A DNA stretch of 64,000 bases from Marsupella aquatica (taxonomy: Eukaryota; Plantae; Marchantiophyta): contig OZ316892.1 of NCBI GenBank assembly GCA_973895155.1, forward strand, positions 231,746 through 295,745, in the 5' to 3' direction. The position numbers and the translations under genes are program-made. Shown here one piece after another: positions 1 to 11,642 of this stretch. The notes under the pieces are model-generated. The model had not been told where the DNA came from, made no database searches, and saw only the letters and a list, made by a program, of their open reading frames with translations. Positions within the stretch are counted from its first letter, which is position 1; the number at the start of each line of letters is the position of its first letter.

Positions 1-3000
1 CAACTACATTTTGCACGGGAGGAGGATGCATGCTTTACGGCCATGCAGACCAAGAAGTACCAAGGCTTCATGGCCGGATCCGGCTTGGAGGCCTTTGTAA
101 GATTACCATGGCTGAAGCCGGAGGTACCGGAGTCAGACCTATTAGAATTCGTGGGGTCATGGGAACCCGAGACCAATTGCACGAGGATATATGGGAAGGA
201 TTTCTATCTTACTCCCAAGGTAATTGCCGAAGTGTTTGGCTTGCCGATGGGCAATAAGACCAAAGTTGATACCAGGAAGACCTTGCCTGACAAGGAGTTC
301 CGGTCGTTCCCCGGGCCATCAACGAAGAATGGCTTCTTCCGGAACACCTGCACCAACCCGCACATAGGAGAGATGATCGACTTCTTGCGGGTGACCATGC
401 ATTGTAACTTGCCGAGGGCAGAGATCGGCAAGGCACAGGTCTATCTGGCAGAAAGGCCAGACCCAAGCCGGGACTACAACGGGTACCTCCTCAACCAATT
501 GAAGAAGATCTTAAAGGAGGAGCAGCAGGTAATCGGCATGGGGAGCGTGTCGCGGCTTGGCTATCACATGCCGCTGTTGTGCCGGTATACCAGAGGTCAG
601 ACTTTTGCCCCGGTACTTCCCCTGCAGGTAAGGGCACCCGAGGAAGCTCCAACGCCGAGGCCGTTGGCTGAGAAGCCTCAACCACCTGTTAGTCCTACGA
701 TCGAGCAGGTGTTTAGGCCCAGGAAGGAAGACTTGCCGATGCAGCAACCAGGCATGCAGAGTCTGCTGAAACTACTGGAGAAAGAAAAGAAATCGGCATC
801 GGCAACAACAACGGCAACGGCAACAATGCAGGACACTACTACAGAGGTAGGCCTACACCGGCTCACAAGAGAAAACCCCTTTGCTGGAGACAAGGAGAGA
901 ATCAGGCCGGAATCCAAGCCAGGTGTTCGAATGTACGTGGGAACCTCAAGCTCCGAATCTGAGGCAGAATTGCCTGAAGCTCCTACCGACGAAGAGGAGA
1001 GGGAGAAGCCGAACGTCCAAGAGGTAGAGGAGGCAGTGGAGGACTGCAGCCATGATAATTCCGGCTATGGGTCGGACCATCACGTTCCAGGAGTAAGGAC
1101 CTGTGGCCGGTTTGTCCCCACACTTCCAAGGGTAGTGCGAGGGGACCCCAACCAGCAGAGTAGCCCTGAGTCTCCCCCACCAGATGTTGCTCCCCCAAGC
1201 TTCGACGGCATAAAACAGATGGTGCAGGAATTTCAGGAGCGAATCAAGCAGGAGGAAGAGGCCGCCCTGGCTAAGGGAAAAGGATTTACCAGGAGGAGAT
1301 TGGCCGGAGGACATCAGGTGGCTAGCCGAAAAAGGAAGCAACCTATAGCCACGATTGAAGAGATCCGCAGGACGGCTTGGGAGCAGAGGCCACGATGGGC
1401 GATGCCGATCACTTCTACTTACTCCACCTACGCTAAGAATAGAGCCATGGAGTATGGTGAGATGTGTGGGGAACTTGCGCTTGGCATCTTTGGAGAGGAG
1501 TTGGAGATAGGACCCTTTTTCCATAGGGAGCAGTTGGAGAAGCACCAATTAGAAGAAGCGGTGGCTTTAGAGAGAAGCAAGAAGGACGAGGTCATTCGGC
1601 GGCTTAGGAGGATGGAAGCCGAGATTGAAGATCTAAGGGCGGCCAAGAAAGCCCAAGATGAACTGCGGATTAAACGACATGAGCTGAACATCATGCAGGG
1701 GCAGTTGGACACCGCGCAGGCTGATAATCAGAATATCAAGGATAAACTAACTCAGACGCAGGGAGAGTTGGCCGACACGATCAAAGAGAGGGAGAAGTGG
1801 AAGCAAGAGCTGAAGAATACAGAGGAGGCCCACATAACAGCCAACAGCCGGGCCATGGCGGAGACCCAAAGAAAGGAATGGGCGTTGAAAGGGGAGCTCG
1901 AGAAAATCCGCGGAGCCCTTGAGCAGAAGGAGGTCGAGTTAGGGAAATCCTATCAAGGGATTATGGCGCTGCAGCAGGAGCTTGCGTCCCTGACGGCCAG
2001 CTTCAAGGCCGACCTAAGGGAGAAGGACGAGATGCTCGAACAGACTTACGCCAAGATGAACCAGATGGAGTCTGTCATCATTGCAGAGCTCGACAAGGAG
2101 CTAAGAGCAACCCAGGAGGAGAGGGCTACCTTGAAGAAGGAATTGGAGGAAGCCCACAGGGAGCAGGAGGAGGCCAAAAACGAGTTGGAGGGGGCACGTA
2201 AGGACCTGGATGAAACCCAAGAGGAGTTGGAGGAAATCACGAGGAAGATGGAGAACCTACAGCGGCGGGCCGACAACCAAACAGAGCGGCTGAAGAAACA
2301 AGCCGCAGTATTTAAATGCTTAGCTGCAGCAGGTCCATCTCCCGTTGGGACAAACCAGTTACCAGGGGTGGTAATTGCCGAAGGACAAGCCGCGCCAACT
2401 GCACCAGTGCCGGAAGTAAGTGGCAAGGGGAAGGGACCAGCTGCCGAGCCACCAACGAAGAAGAAGCGGAAACCTTCAGGGTCAAGGAGTAATACGACTT
2501 CACAGGCCGTGGTGATCAAGGAGGTAGACCCAGCACCAACCCCAGACAGGGTCACGGCTAAGGATCCAACTACCCTAGGGGAAGGGGAGGCCGAAGCCGA
2601 GGGAGTGGCTGAAGCCGAAGCCGTGGGAGTGGCTGAGGCCGAAGCCGTGGGTATTGCCGAGGCCGGTGTCGAGGCTGAAGCCGAAGGTGGACCCAGTGAG
2701 GCCGATGGAGAGTTGACTCAGTCAAGGGCAGGTAATCTTTCAGAGAATGAACCTACGGCAGTGGCTGAGGAGGAAGCGTTGGGGGCGTCCATTAAGGATC
2801 CACCACCGGTGTCGTGACGGTGCAAGGGCGCCGTTCCTTTTAGGGAGGGTGGACGTGGAGGGAGGAGGCGTGAGTGGGCAGGGCGGGCGCGGATCTCCAC
2901 GTTTAGGATTAGGATCAGAACCAGGAGCGGCCCTGACACTTAGCTTAGTGGGATTGCGGTCCCACTGGTAGGAGCAACACTTGTGCTCCTGCCTTGCTGT

Positions 3001-3736
3001 ACATAGGTAGATTCGGGCAAGTAGATTACTGTTAAGTAGATTAGGCTTACGATGCAAAGAATGGCGGATCCACTACCAGGATAAGTACCTGGGCAGCGGG
3101 GAGCTCAGGGCCTCTTCTTTAGCAAGTTTTTAGTTTGCACCAGCCGGGCTGGGATCAAGTAGTACGAGAAGCTCTCGGTTAGTCATACAGTGACCCTTGT
3201 GTATATTCATGTTTCCTCATGCCTAAGAGCTGAATAGAGTTGGCCTCACGGCTTAGTTCGCAGAACTTGTGTATGAGATGTACTGTTTGTATGGCAAGTG
3301 CATGGTATGACTCAGTCAGAATGAGTCATTTTGCTATTTGTGTGTCGCATTAACTTGTGTGAAGAGTGCCCACATCAACAGAAGGAAGGAAAGTAAGCAG
3401 GGAGTGAGAGTTGGATGTGTCGAGCTGAGAGAGGTCTTAGTGGCTTAACCAAGCCTATTGGGGATCATTCCGGCGGCGGAATCCAAACATACCTAACAAG
3501 ACGGAGGGGAAGACAGGGGAAGACAGGGGAAGGCCTATATTAGGCCGGCTACGTATCTCATGACCCGATGAAGGATCTGTCCAGTATATGTGTGTAAAAT
3601 GTTAATAGTAGTAGTAGAAGGTTAGCAGCGTCCCATGCCGCTAAGCCGCGGAAACGGCCTCGCCAAGCACGAAACCTGCGGGAATCGGCTTGAGCTGGGG
3701 GTTTCTTGGGTTTAGGGAGCCATGGGACGCACCACA
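1..3736 (+). mobile_element. Family A giant LTR (3' LTR or solo LTR), 5' part outside the window
   Basis: Near-identical to 4887-8618 and ends ...GGGACGCACCACA. It is followed by GGGTG rather than a PBS, so it is not a 5' LTR. Confidence 0.92.
43..2817 (+). CDS. LTR-encoded accessory protein, family A (plant-transposon-protein/PMD-like core plus long coiled coil); N-terminus outside the window
   Basis: 924-aa ORF entirely inside the LTR, with core GLEAFVRLPW..LLEFV..LTPKVIAEVFGLP, an E/K/Q heptad-rich segment and an acidic EAEA tail. The frame is open from base 1. Confidence 0.8.
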   Translation: MQTKKYQGFMAGSGLEAFVRLPWLKPEVPESDLLEFVGSWEPETNCTRIYGKDFYLTPKVIAEVFGLPMGNKTKVDTRKTLPDKEFRSFPGPSTKNGFFRNTCTNPHIGEMIDFLRVTMHCNLPRAEIGKAQVYLAERPDPSRDYNGYLLNQLKKILKEEQQVIGMGSVSRLGYHMPLLCRYTRGQTFAPVLPLQVRAPEEAPTPRPLAEKPQPPVSPTIEQVFRPRKEDLPMQQPGMQSLLKLLEKEKKSASATTTATATMQDTTTEVGLHRLTRENPFAGDKERIRPESKPGVRMYVGTSSSESEAELPEAPTDEEEREKPNVQEVEEAVEDCSHDNSGYGSDHHVPGVRTCGRFVPTLPRVVRGDPNQQSSPESPPPDVAPPSFDGIKQMVQEFQERIKQEEEAALAKGKGFTRRRLAGGHQVASRKRKQPIATIEEIRRTAWEQRPRWAMPITSTYSTYAKNRAMEYGEMCGELALGIFGEELEIGPFFHREQLEKHQLEEAVALERSKKDEVIRRLRRMEAEIEDLRAAKKAQDELRIKRHELNIMQGQLDTAQADNQNIKDKLTQTQGELADTIKEREKWKQELKNTEEAHITANSRAMAETQRKEWALKGELEKIRGALEQKEVELGKSYQGIMALQQELASLTASFKADLREKDEMLEQTYAKMNQMESVIIAELDKELRATQEERATLKKELEEAHREQEEAKNELEGARKDLDETQEELEEITRKMENLQRRADNQTERLKKQAAVFKCLAAAGPSPVGTNQLPGVVIAEGQAAPTAPVPEVSGKGKGPAAEPPTKKKRKPSGSRSNTTSQAVVIKEVDPAPTPDRVTAKDPTTLGEGEAEAEGVAEAEAVGVAEAEAVGIAEAGVEAEAEGGPSEADGELTQSRAGNLSENEPTAVAEEEALGASIKDPPPVS

Positions 3737-3964
3737 GGGTGACGCGGTCCTGCAAAGCCTTGTTGTCCCGTAATGCTTCCTCCGCCTCGTTTGCAGCTTC
3801 GTCGGCTTCAGTCTGGAGCAGCGCCACCTCCAAGTTGAGCTGGTCGATGGCGTCGCGATGGACCTGGTCTTGCGCTAGCAATTTATCTCGTTCGGCGGAG
3901 AGACTAGCCACCTGCTGTGCTGCCTGCAGGAATTGTTTGTTGAGGTCAGTCAGGCTAGTAACCC
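3737..3964 (-). pseudogene. Fragment of the family B LTR ORF (coiled-coil part) trapped between two family A insertions
   Basis: Removing 3965-19498 plus one TSD copy joins ...RSESLARV to TSLTDLNKQFLQAAQQVASLSAERDK... in frame. Confidence 0.85.
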
Positions 3965-6900
3965 TGTGATGCCTAGACAGGAATCACTCGACCGGTTAAG
4001 TGGGTAAAGCAGGAAGGCACCCTAGGAACATCTTAGTATAGTGACAAAACAAGGAAAATATAAACAATTAGGGGCAACCATGGAACCCGGGCAGAGGCCG
4101 GAGGTAAGGCTGAGGGTGAAAACCCGATTAGGGTTAGGGCGCGTTAAGCGTCGGCGGCTAGGAAGGATCAACGGGAAGAAGGACCGGCAGAGGAGAGGGG
4201 TAAGGAGCGCTTGCAGGAGATGGTGGCTCATTTGCGAGCACGAACTACGCAGACGACTACGGGAGGCCAACTATTGTCAGCTGCTTAGGCAAGCACTCGG
4301 GGAGAGAGTAGATACCGACGATCGACCTAAGGAGGGTATGAGCAACGTCAATCAAGCGGCACATTTCTGGGGATGCCTGTTCGAACGGGCAACTGAGTAC
4401 ATCAAGACTTACGAGGACGAGGAGTCAGAAAGGGCAGCTCGAGAACGGCAGGAGCTCGCTCGATTGTGGGAGCTGCACAAGACGGCTTTCTTAGGAGGCG
4501 AACTCATCAAGGACGAGTTCCTGTGGACGCCTACTTCCAATCAACTCGACGATCTTCTGTTTTGCAAAGACAGCGTCGTCGGCATCCGAGAGGCCATCAA
4601 GAACTACAACGACATACACTGGGAATTAAAGGGTAGCACGGAAAGGTGGACCCGGGCAACGGTGCTAGGAGAAACCTCCACGGCAGCAGAGATGAAGAGG
4701 AAGGGAGCCGTCAACGATGAAGCCACCCCGGCAAAAAGAACGAGGTCGGCGGCACCAAAGAAGCCAGCCGAGCAGCAGAGCAGGAGGCAGGGAGAAGCCG
4801 AAGAGGAGGAGGTCGATCCCATCAAGGCCATTCCAACCAGGGATGACACCTGGAAGGGCTGGGCGGCAACCCTACCGGTGGAGGTGCAACTACATTTTGC
4901 ACGGGAGGAGGATGCATGCTTTACGGCCATGCAGACCAAGAAGTACCAAGGCTTCATGGCCGGATCCGGCTTGGAGGCCTTTGTAAGATTACCATGGCTG
5001 AAGCCGGAGGTACCGGAGTCAGACCTATTAGAATTCGTGGGGTCATGGGAACCCGAGACCAATTGCACGAGGATATATGGGAAGGATTTCTATCTTACTC
5101 CCAAGGTAATTGCCGAAGTGTTTGGCTTGCCGATGGGCAATAAGACCAAAGTTGATACCAGGAAGACCTTGCCTGACAAGGAGTTCCGGTCGTTCCCCGG
5201 GCCATCAACGAAGAATGGCTTCTTCCGGAACACCTGCACCAACCCGCACATAGGAGAGATGATCGACTTCTTGCGGGTGACCATGCATTGTAACTTGCCG
5301 AGGGCAGAGATCGGCAAGGCACAGGTCTATCTGGCAGAAAGGCCAGACCCAAGCCGGGACTACAACGGGTACCTCCTCAACCAATTGAAGAAGATCTTAA
5401 AGGAGGAGCAGCAGGTAATCGGCATGGGGAGCGTGTCGCGGCTTGGCTATCACATGCCGCTGTTGTGCCGGTATGCCAGAGGTCAGACTTTTGCCCTGGT
5501 ACTTCCCCTGCAGGTAAGGGCACCCGAGGAAGCTCCAACACCGAGGCCGTTGGCTGAGAAGCCTCCACCACCTGTTAGTCCTACGATCGAGCAGGTGTTT
5601 AGGCCCAGGAAGGAAGACTTGCCGATGCAGCAACCAGGCATGCAGAGTCTGCTGAAACTACTGGAGAAAGAAAAGAAATCGGCATCGGCAACAACAACAA
5701 CAACGGCAACGGCAACAATGCAGGACACTACTACAGAGGTAGGCCTACACCGGCTCACAAGAGAAAACCCCTTTGCTGGAGACAAGGAGAGAATCAGGCC
5801 GGAATCCAAGCCAGGTGTTCGAATGTACGTGGGAACCTCAAGCTCCGAATCTGAGGCAGAATTGCCTGAAGCTCCTACCGACGAAGAGGAGAGGGAGAAG
5901 CCGGACGTCCAAGAAGTAGAGGAGGCAGTGGAGGACTGCAGCCATGATAATTCCGGCTATGGGTCGGACCATCACGTTCCAGGAGTAAGGACTTGTGGCC
6001 GGTTTGTCCCCACACTTCCAAGGGTAGTGCGAGGGGACCCCAACCAGCAGAGTAGCCCTGAGTCTCCCCCACCAGATGTTGCTCCCCCGAGCTTCGACGG
6101 CATAAAACAGACGGTGCAGGAATTTCAGGAGCGAATCAAGCAGGAGGAAGAGGCCGCCCTGGCTAAGGAAAAGGATTTACCAGGAGGAGATTGGCCGGAG
6201 GACATCAGGCGGCTAGCCGAAAAAGGAAGCAAACCTCTAGCCACGATTGAAGAGATCCGCAGGACGGCGTGGGAGCAGAGGCCACGATGGGCGATGCCGA
6301 TCACTTCTACTTACTCCACCTACGCTAAGAATAGAGCCATGGAGTATGGTGAGATGTGTGGGGAACTTGCGCTCGACATCTTTGGAGAGGAGTTGGAGAT
6401 AGGACCCTTTTTCCATAGGGAGCAGTTGGAGAAGCACCAATTAGAAGAAGCGGTGGCTTTAGAGAGAAGCAAGAAGGACGAGGTCATTTGGCAGCTTAGG
6501 AGGATGGGAGCCGAGATTGAAGATCTAAGGGCGGCCAAGAAAGCCCAAGATGAACTGCGGATTAAACGACATGAGCTGAACATCATGCAGGGGCAGTTGG
6601 ACGCCGCGCAGGCTGATAATCAGAATATCAAGGATAAACTGACTCAGACGCAGGAAGAGTTGGCCGACACGATCAAAGAGAGGGAGAAGTGGAAGCAAGA
6701 GCTAAAGAATACAGAGGAGGCCCACATAACAGCCAACAGCCGGGCCATGGCGGAGACCCAAAGAAAGGAATGGGCGTTGAAAGGGGAGCTCGAGAAAATC
6801 CGCGGAGCCCTTGAGCAGAAGGAGGTCGAGTTAGGGAAATCCTATCAAGGGATTATGGCGCTGCAGCAGGAGCTTGCGTCCCTGACGGCCAGCTTCAAGG

Positions 6901-8618
6901 CCGACCTAAGGGAGAAGGACGAGATGCTCGAACAGACTTAAGCCAAGATGAACCAGATGGAGTCTGTCATCATTGCAGAGCTCAACAAGGAGCTAAGAGC
7001 AACCCAGGAGGAGAGGGCTACCTTGAAGAAGGAATTGGAGGAAGCCCACAGGGAGCAGGAGGAGGCCAAAAACGAGCTGGAGGGCCGTAAGGACCTGGAT
7101 GAAACCCAAGAGGAGTTGGAGGAAATCACGAGGAAGATGGAGAACCTACAGCGGCGGGCCGACAACCAAACAGAGCGGCTGAAGAAACAAGCCGCAGTAT
7201 TTAAATGCTTAGCTGCAGCAGGTCCATCTCCCGTTGGGACAAACTAGTTACCAGGGGTGGTAATTGCCGAAGGACAAGCCGCGTCAACTGCACCAGTGCC
7301 GGAAGTAAGTGGGAAGGGGAAGGGACCAGCTGCCGAGCCACCAACGAAGAAGAAGCGGAAACCTCCAGGGTCAAGGAGTAATACGACTTCACAGGCCGTG
7401 GTGATCAAGGAGGTAGACCCAGCACCGACCCCAGACAGGGTCACGACTAAGGATCCAACTACCCTAGGGGAAGGGGAGGCCGAAGCCGAGGGAGTGGCTG
7501 AAGCCGAAGCCGTGGGAGTGGCTGAGGCCGAAGCCGTGGGTATTGCCGAGGCCGGTGTCGAGGCTGAAGCCGAAGGTGGACCCAGTCAGGCCGATGGAGA
7601 GTTGACTCGGTCAAGGGCAGGTAATCTGTCAGTAGGCGGGCCAACGGCAGTGGCTGAGGAGGAAGTGTTGGGGGCGTCCATTGAGGATCCACCACCGGTG
7701 TCGTGACGGTGCAAGGGCGTCGTTCCTTTTAGGGAAGGCGGACGTGGAGGGAGGAGGCGTGAGTGGGCAGGGCGGGCGTGGATCTCCACGTTTAGGATTA
7801 GGATCAGAACCAGGAGCGGCCCTGACACTTAGCTTAGTGGGATTGCGGTCCCACTGGTAGGAGCAACACTTGTGCTCCTGCCTTGCTGTACATAGGTAGA
7901 TTCGGGCAAGTAGATTACTGTTAAGTAGATTAGGCTTACGATGCAAAGAATGGCGGATCCACTACCAGGATAAGTACCTGGGCAGCGGGGAGCTCAGGGC
8001 CTCTTCTTTAGCAAGTTTTTAGTTTGCACCAGCCGGGCTGGGATCAAGTAGTACGAGAAGCTCTCGGTTAGTCATACAGTGACCCTTGTGTATATTCATG
8101 TTTCCTCATGCCTAAGAGCTGAATAGAGTTGGCCTCACGGCTTAGTTCGCAGAACTTGTGTATGAGATGTACTGTTTGTATGGCAAGTGCATGGTATGAC
8201 TCAGTCAGAATGAGTCATTTTGCTATTTGTGTGTCGCATTAACTTGTGTGAAGAGTGCCCACATCAACAGAAGGAAGGAAAGTAAGCAGGGGAGTGAGAG
8301 TTGGATGTGTCGAGCTGAGAGAGGTCTTAGCGGCTTAACCAAGCCTATTGGGGATCATTCCGGCGGCGGAATCCAAACATACCTAACAGGAAGACAGGGG
8401 AAGACAGGGGAAGGCCTATATTAGGCCGGCTACGTATCTCATGACCCGATGAAGGATCTGTCCAGTATATGTGTGTAAAATGTTAATAGTAGTAGTAGAA
8501 GGTTAGCAGCGTCCCATGCCGCTAAGCCGCGGAAACGGCCTCGCCAAGCACAAAACCTGCGGGAATCGGCTTGAGCTGGGGGGTTTCTTGGGTTTAGGGA
8601 GCCATGGGACGCACCACA
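3965..8618 (+). repeat. 5' LTR (4654 bp)
   Basis: Starts TGTGATGCC, ends GCACCACA and is followed by the PBS; direct repeat of 14843-19498. Confidence 0.96.
4080..7706 (+). pseudogene. LTR-encoded accessory ORF (about 1200 codons) in the 5' LTR, with two nonsense mutations
   Basis: ATG at 4080 (MEPGQRPEV). TAA at 6939 and TAG at 7245 replace TAC and CAG of the other copies; otherwise colinear with 43-2817. Confidence 0.85.
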
Positions 8619-8622
8619 TTTT

Positions 8623-8640
8623 TGGCGCTAGATGGAGGGG
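8623..8640 (+). promoter_or_regulatory. Primer-binding site
   Basis: TGGCGCTAGATGGAGGGG, 4 nt downstream of the LTR end; near-identical PBS in element C (51752-51769). The priming tRNA was not determined. Confidence 0.8.
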
Positions 8641-8687
8641 GCATTTCTTAAGCCGTGAGATATGAAGTTAGAACGGAAGCGTAGGTA

Positions 8688-11642
8688 ATGACTGACCTTA
8701 CGCCGAGGGAAGAAAGAGTGATTCAACGGGAGAGAGCTCGACTGCAGCAGCTCGCCGGGTGGCATGATACACAGCGACTGAGAGGGGCAGAAAGAGCTGG
8801 TAGCTCCGAAACTGGAAGTGGCGTCGAAGAAGACATACCAGAAGAAGAGTCGGTAAGGAGAAGTGAGTCTCCAACCGACATGGGGGAACCAGAGGCACGG
8901 CCAGACGAGAGGCCAGGGACCAGATTGAGCCAGCGGTCGCGCATACATTACAAAGCATTTCATGGGAGAGGAGATGAGGATCCGGACGAATGGTTGGATG
9001 ATTTTGAGGGAACCGCTGCAGCAAATGGAGAATCGACCATCAAGATGCAGATTCTTCCCGGCCTGTTCAAGGGTGAGGCTAGGCCTTGGTACAGAGCATT
9101 AGATGTGGAAGATCAAGCCATCTGGGATATCTTCAAAACACTCTTTGTTAAGGAGTTTCGACCCATTGGAACTTCAGAACTAGCAGTGCTGAAGTTGGGA
9201 CAACTTCGGTTCAAGGAGAACAAATCCTTCAGGAAGTTCTTGCAACGCTTTCAAAAACTGGTAAGACGTACAAAGACCAATGCATCTGAAGGTATGCAAC
9301 TTCAATGGTTGGTGAATGCTTTGCCACAGAAGATGAGTTTTGCAATTAGGAAGGAGAACCCGGAGACTTTAGCCGAAGCAATTAAGGATATTCAATTATA
9401 CATTAATGCAGATATCACAAGCCGGAAGAAACAGCTTAAGTCTGAGAGTTCCTCATCAGAGGAGGGATCACCCCATAAGCAAAAAGATAAGAAGAAGAAA
9501 CATTCCAAGAAGTCTAGAAGTGATAAGTCAAGCTCGGATAGTGGGAGTAGCAAGAGTGAGTCATCTTCTAGTTCTGAAGAAGAAAAAACTAGGAAAAGGA
9601 AGGGCAGAAGGAGAGGGAAGACGAAAGTCAAGATGGAGGCTAAGCCACCAGATAACATCGTAGCCCTTACCGAGCAACTTAAGGCTATCATTGCAGAGGT
9701 AAAACCAAAGAAGAAGGTAGTACAGGAGGATAGCTCTGTATGGTGTGCCTTATGTTATAAAACCGGACACCATAAAGATGCGTGTCCTAAGCTTAATACT
9801 AATCATGTTCGGCATGTGGCCGAGATCAGACCATGTTAGGGAGAAGTAGAGTACTTTTTGGGAGATGCCGCTGATAGTGTTTTCGGCATCAGTGAGACTG
9901 GAGCACGAGACCTATCCAACAGACCTGCATCTCTGTGGTCAGGATTAAGGAACAATCCAGGAGAGATGTATCCTCGGATTATTCAGAACCCGTCAGTACC
10001 TCCTAGGCCGAATGTGCAAAGATTTGCGGCGTGCTATAATTGTGGTCAACCTGGCCATTTTGCTAGAGAATGCCCGAATGCACGCAAACAGGGTGATGGA
10101 CAACCAGCTCAGCTATGTATGGGATGCCGACAGGAAGGTCATATGCTAGGGCAATGTCCTACTTGGTTGGCAGGCCTGGCCGCAAATCATAAGCTTTTGC
10201 CGATCAAGATCTTACCGCCAGGTACTACCCCCGGAGGAGTTCAAATCAACCACATCGAACTAGGATGGCAAGAGGATGCCGAGGCAGAGTTCGTACCATC
10301 TGATGATGAGGCCGAAGCCCTATCAACCTTCTCAGAGGAGGATTTAGATCATGATTGCTACCGGGTCTCTACTCGATCTACCAGAAGGAAGGAAAGGTGG
10401 GATGGGCTGGCCAAAAATAAAGGGAAGGTTACGGAGGAAAGGATCGACTCTTTGTCAACATCAACAGAAGGAGAAGGGAGGGCTCCGGCAATACAGGTAA
10501 GCCATGAGCCCACCAGTGAAACCAATCCTTCACAAGATAGCGACTTCAATCGAGATCATCCTAAGTTGTTCTACCCCTCTGTTACGGCTAGTGTTAAGGA
10601 ACAACTAAGAGAATTAGAAACCCTGGAGAATACCGAAGCCATTGCCAAGGATGTAAAACGAGCAAAAGCATTGTTTGCTTCGGAAGACCCAACAGCTGTG
10701 GAGACTAGCGTGGCAAAACTGGCCGAATCCAAGACGGAAACACCACCAGAAGAGAAGCCGATTGTTCCCTATGACCTGGCTAAAGATGTACTAGAATCTA
10801 GAGTCTCGGCAACAGTAGGTCAACTATTGAAAAATAGCCCGTACTTCCGGAAGCAATTAAGGAAGGCTATTCTCGGCAAGCCGAGATTACCCAAGGTAGC
10901 AACCAGATCCGACGTACTAATGATTGAAGAAGATCAAGGAGCCCCAGCATTACCATTAATGATTCAAGGAGAATTATTACTACGGGTACCCATCGATGGA
11001 GGATCAGGGGTATGTATTATGATTGATTCAACAGCAAAAGGGTGGGGTCTAACACCGGAGATGACTGGAAGAGTGTTGAACATGGCCAATGGATATCAGG
11101 TCATTCCGACGGGAGTGTTAACCGGCATCAAGACAGAGATAGGAGGTATCTTCTTTAGCATTAACTATGTAGTAATGAAGCCGGTAAATCCTACGTCATT
11201 CCGGCTATTGATTAGTAGGCCATGGCTGTACCTAGCCGAGGTAATAGAAGATTGGGGTAAAAAGCAGTTCACTTTCGGGACCCCCTCTATCACGGTATCC
11301 TGGGACACTAAGGATGACCGTAGGAAAAGCATAAGGGAAGTAGATGGGTACGATAGTGGACTGGAGTCAGCCGATGAAGTACGTTGGTTAGAATGCCTCA
11401 CTAACCTAACCGAAGAAGGTGTCTTTGGACCAGAGGTACCCCCCAGCGGATTATGGCAAGAACCAATGGAAGGTGACTTGGAAGAAGAAGACGAAGAGGT
11501 CGAGGACTGCTTTACAATAGAATCCACCTTTTTAGCTGCAATTCCGGAGGAAGTTAAGGATGTAGACCAATTGGATGAAACGGCTAAGTGGGGAGCAGTA
11601 GCAGGGACAATGGATTTTCTGCAGGCGTTGTGGCAGAGCTGA
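8688..11642 (+). CDS. gag: Gag-protease with one in-frame TAG at 9837-9839
   Basis: Capsid-like FHGRGDEDPDEWLDDFE; CCHC knuckles CALCYKTGHHKDAC, CYNCGQPGHFAREC and CMGCRQEGHMLGQC; aspartic protease IDGGSG. ORFs 8688-9839 and 9858-11642 share one frame. Confidence 0.9.

Noticed and set aside
43-2817. LTR ORF as an env gene or a host SMC/myosin-like gene
   Set aside because: No transmembrane segment or signal peptide is seen in the A ORF copies. The coiled coil is generic, and the ORF is always bounded by LTR termini.
1-8618. Tandem duplication or assembly artefact of the 4.6 kb repeat
   Set aside because: The copies are separated by 228 bp of in-frame family B sequence, carry private mutations, and the second has its own TSD.
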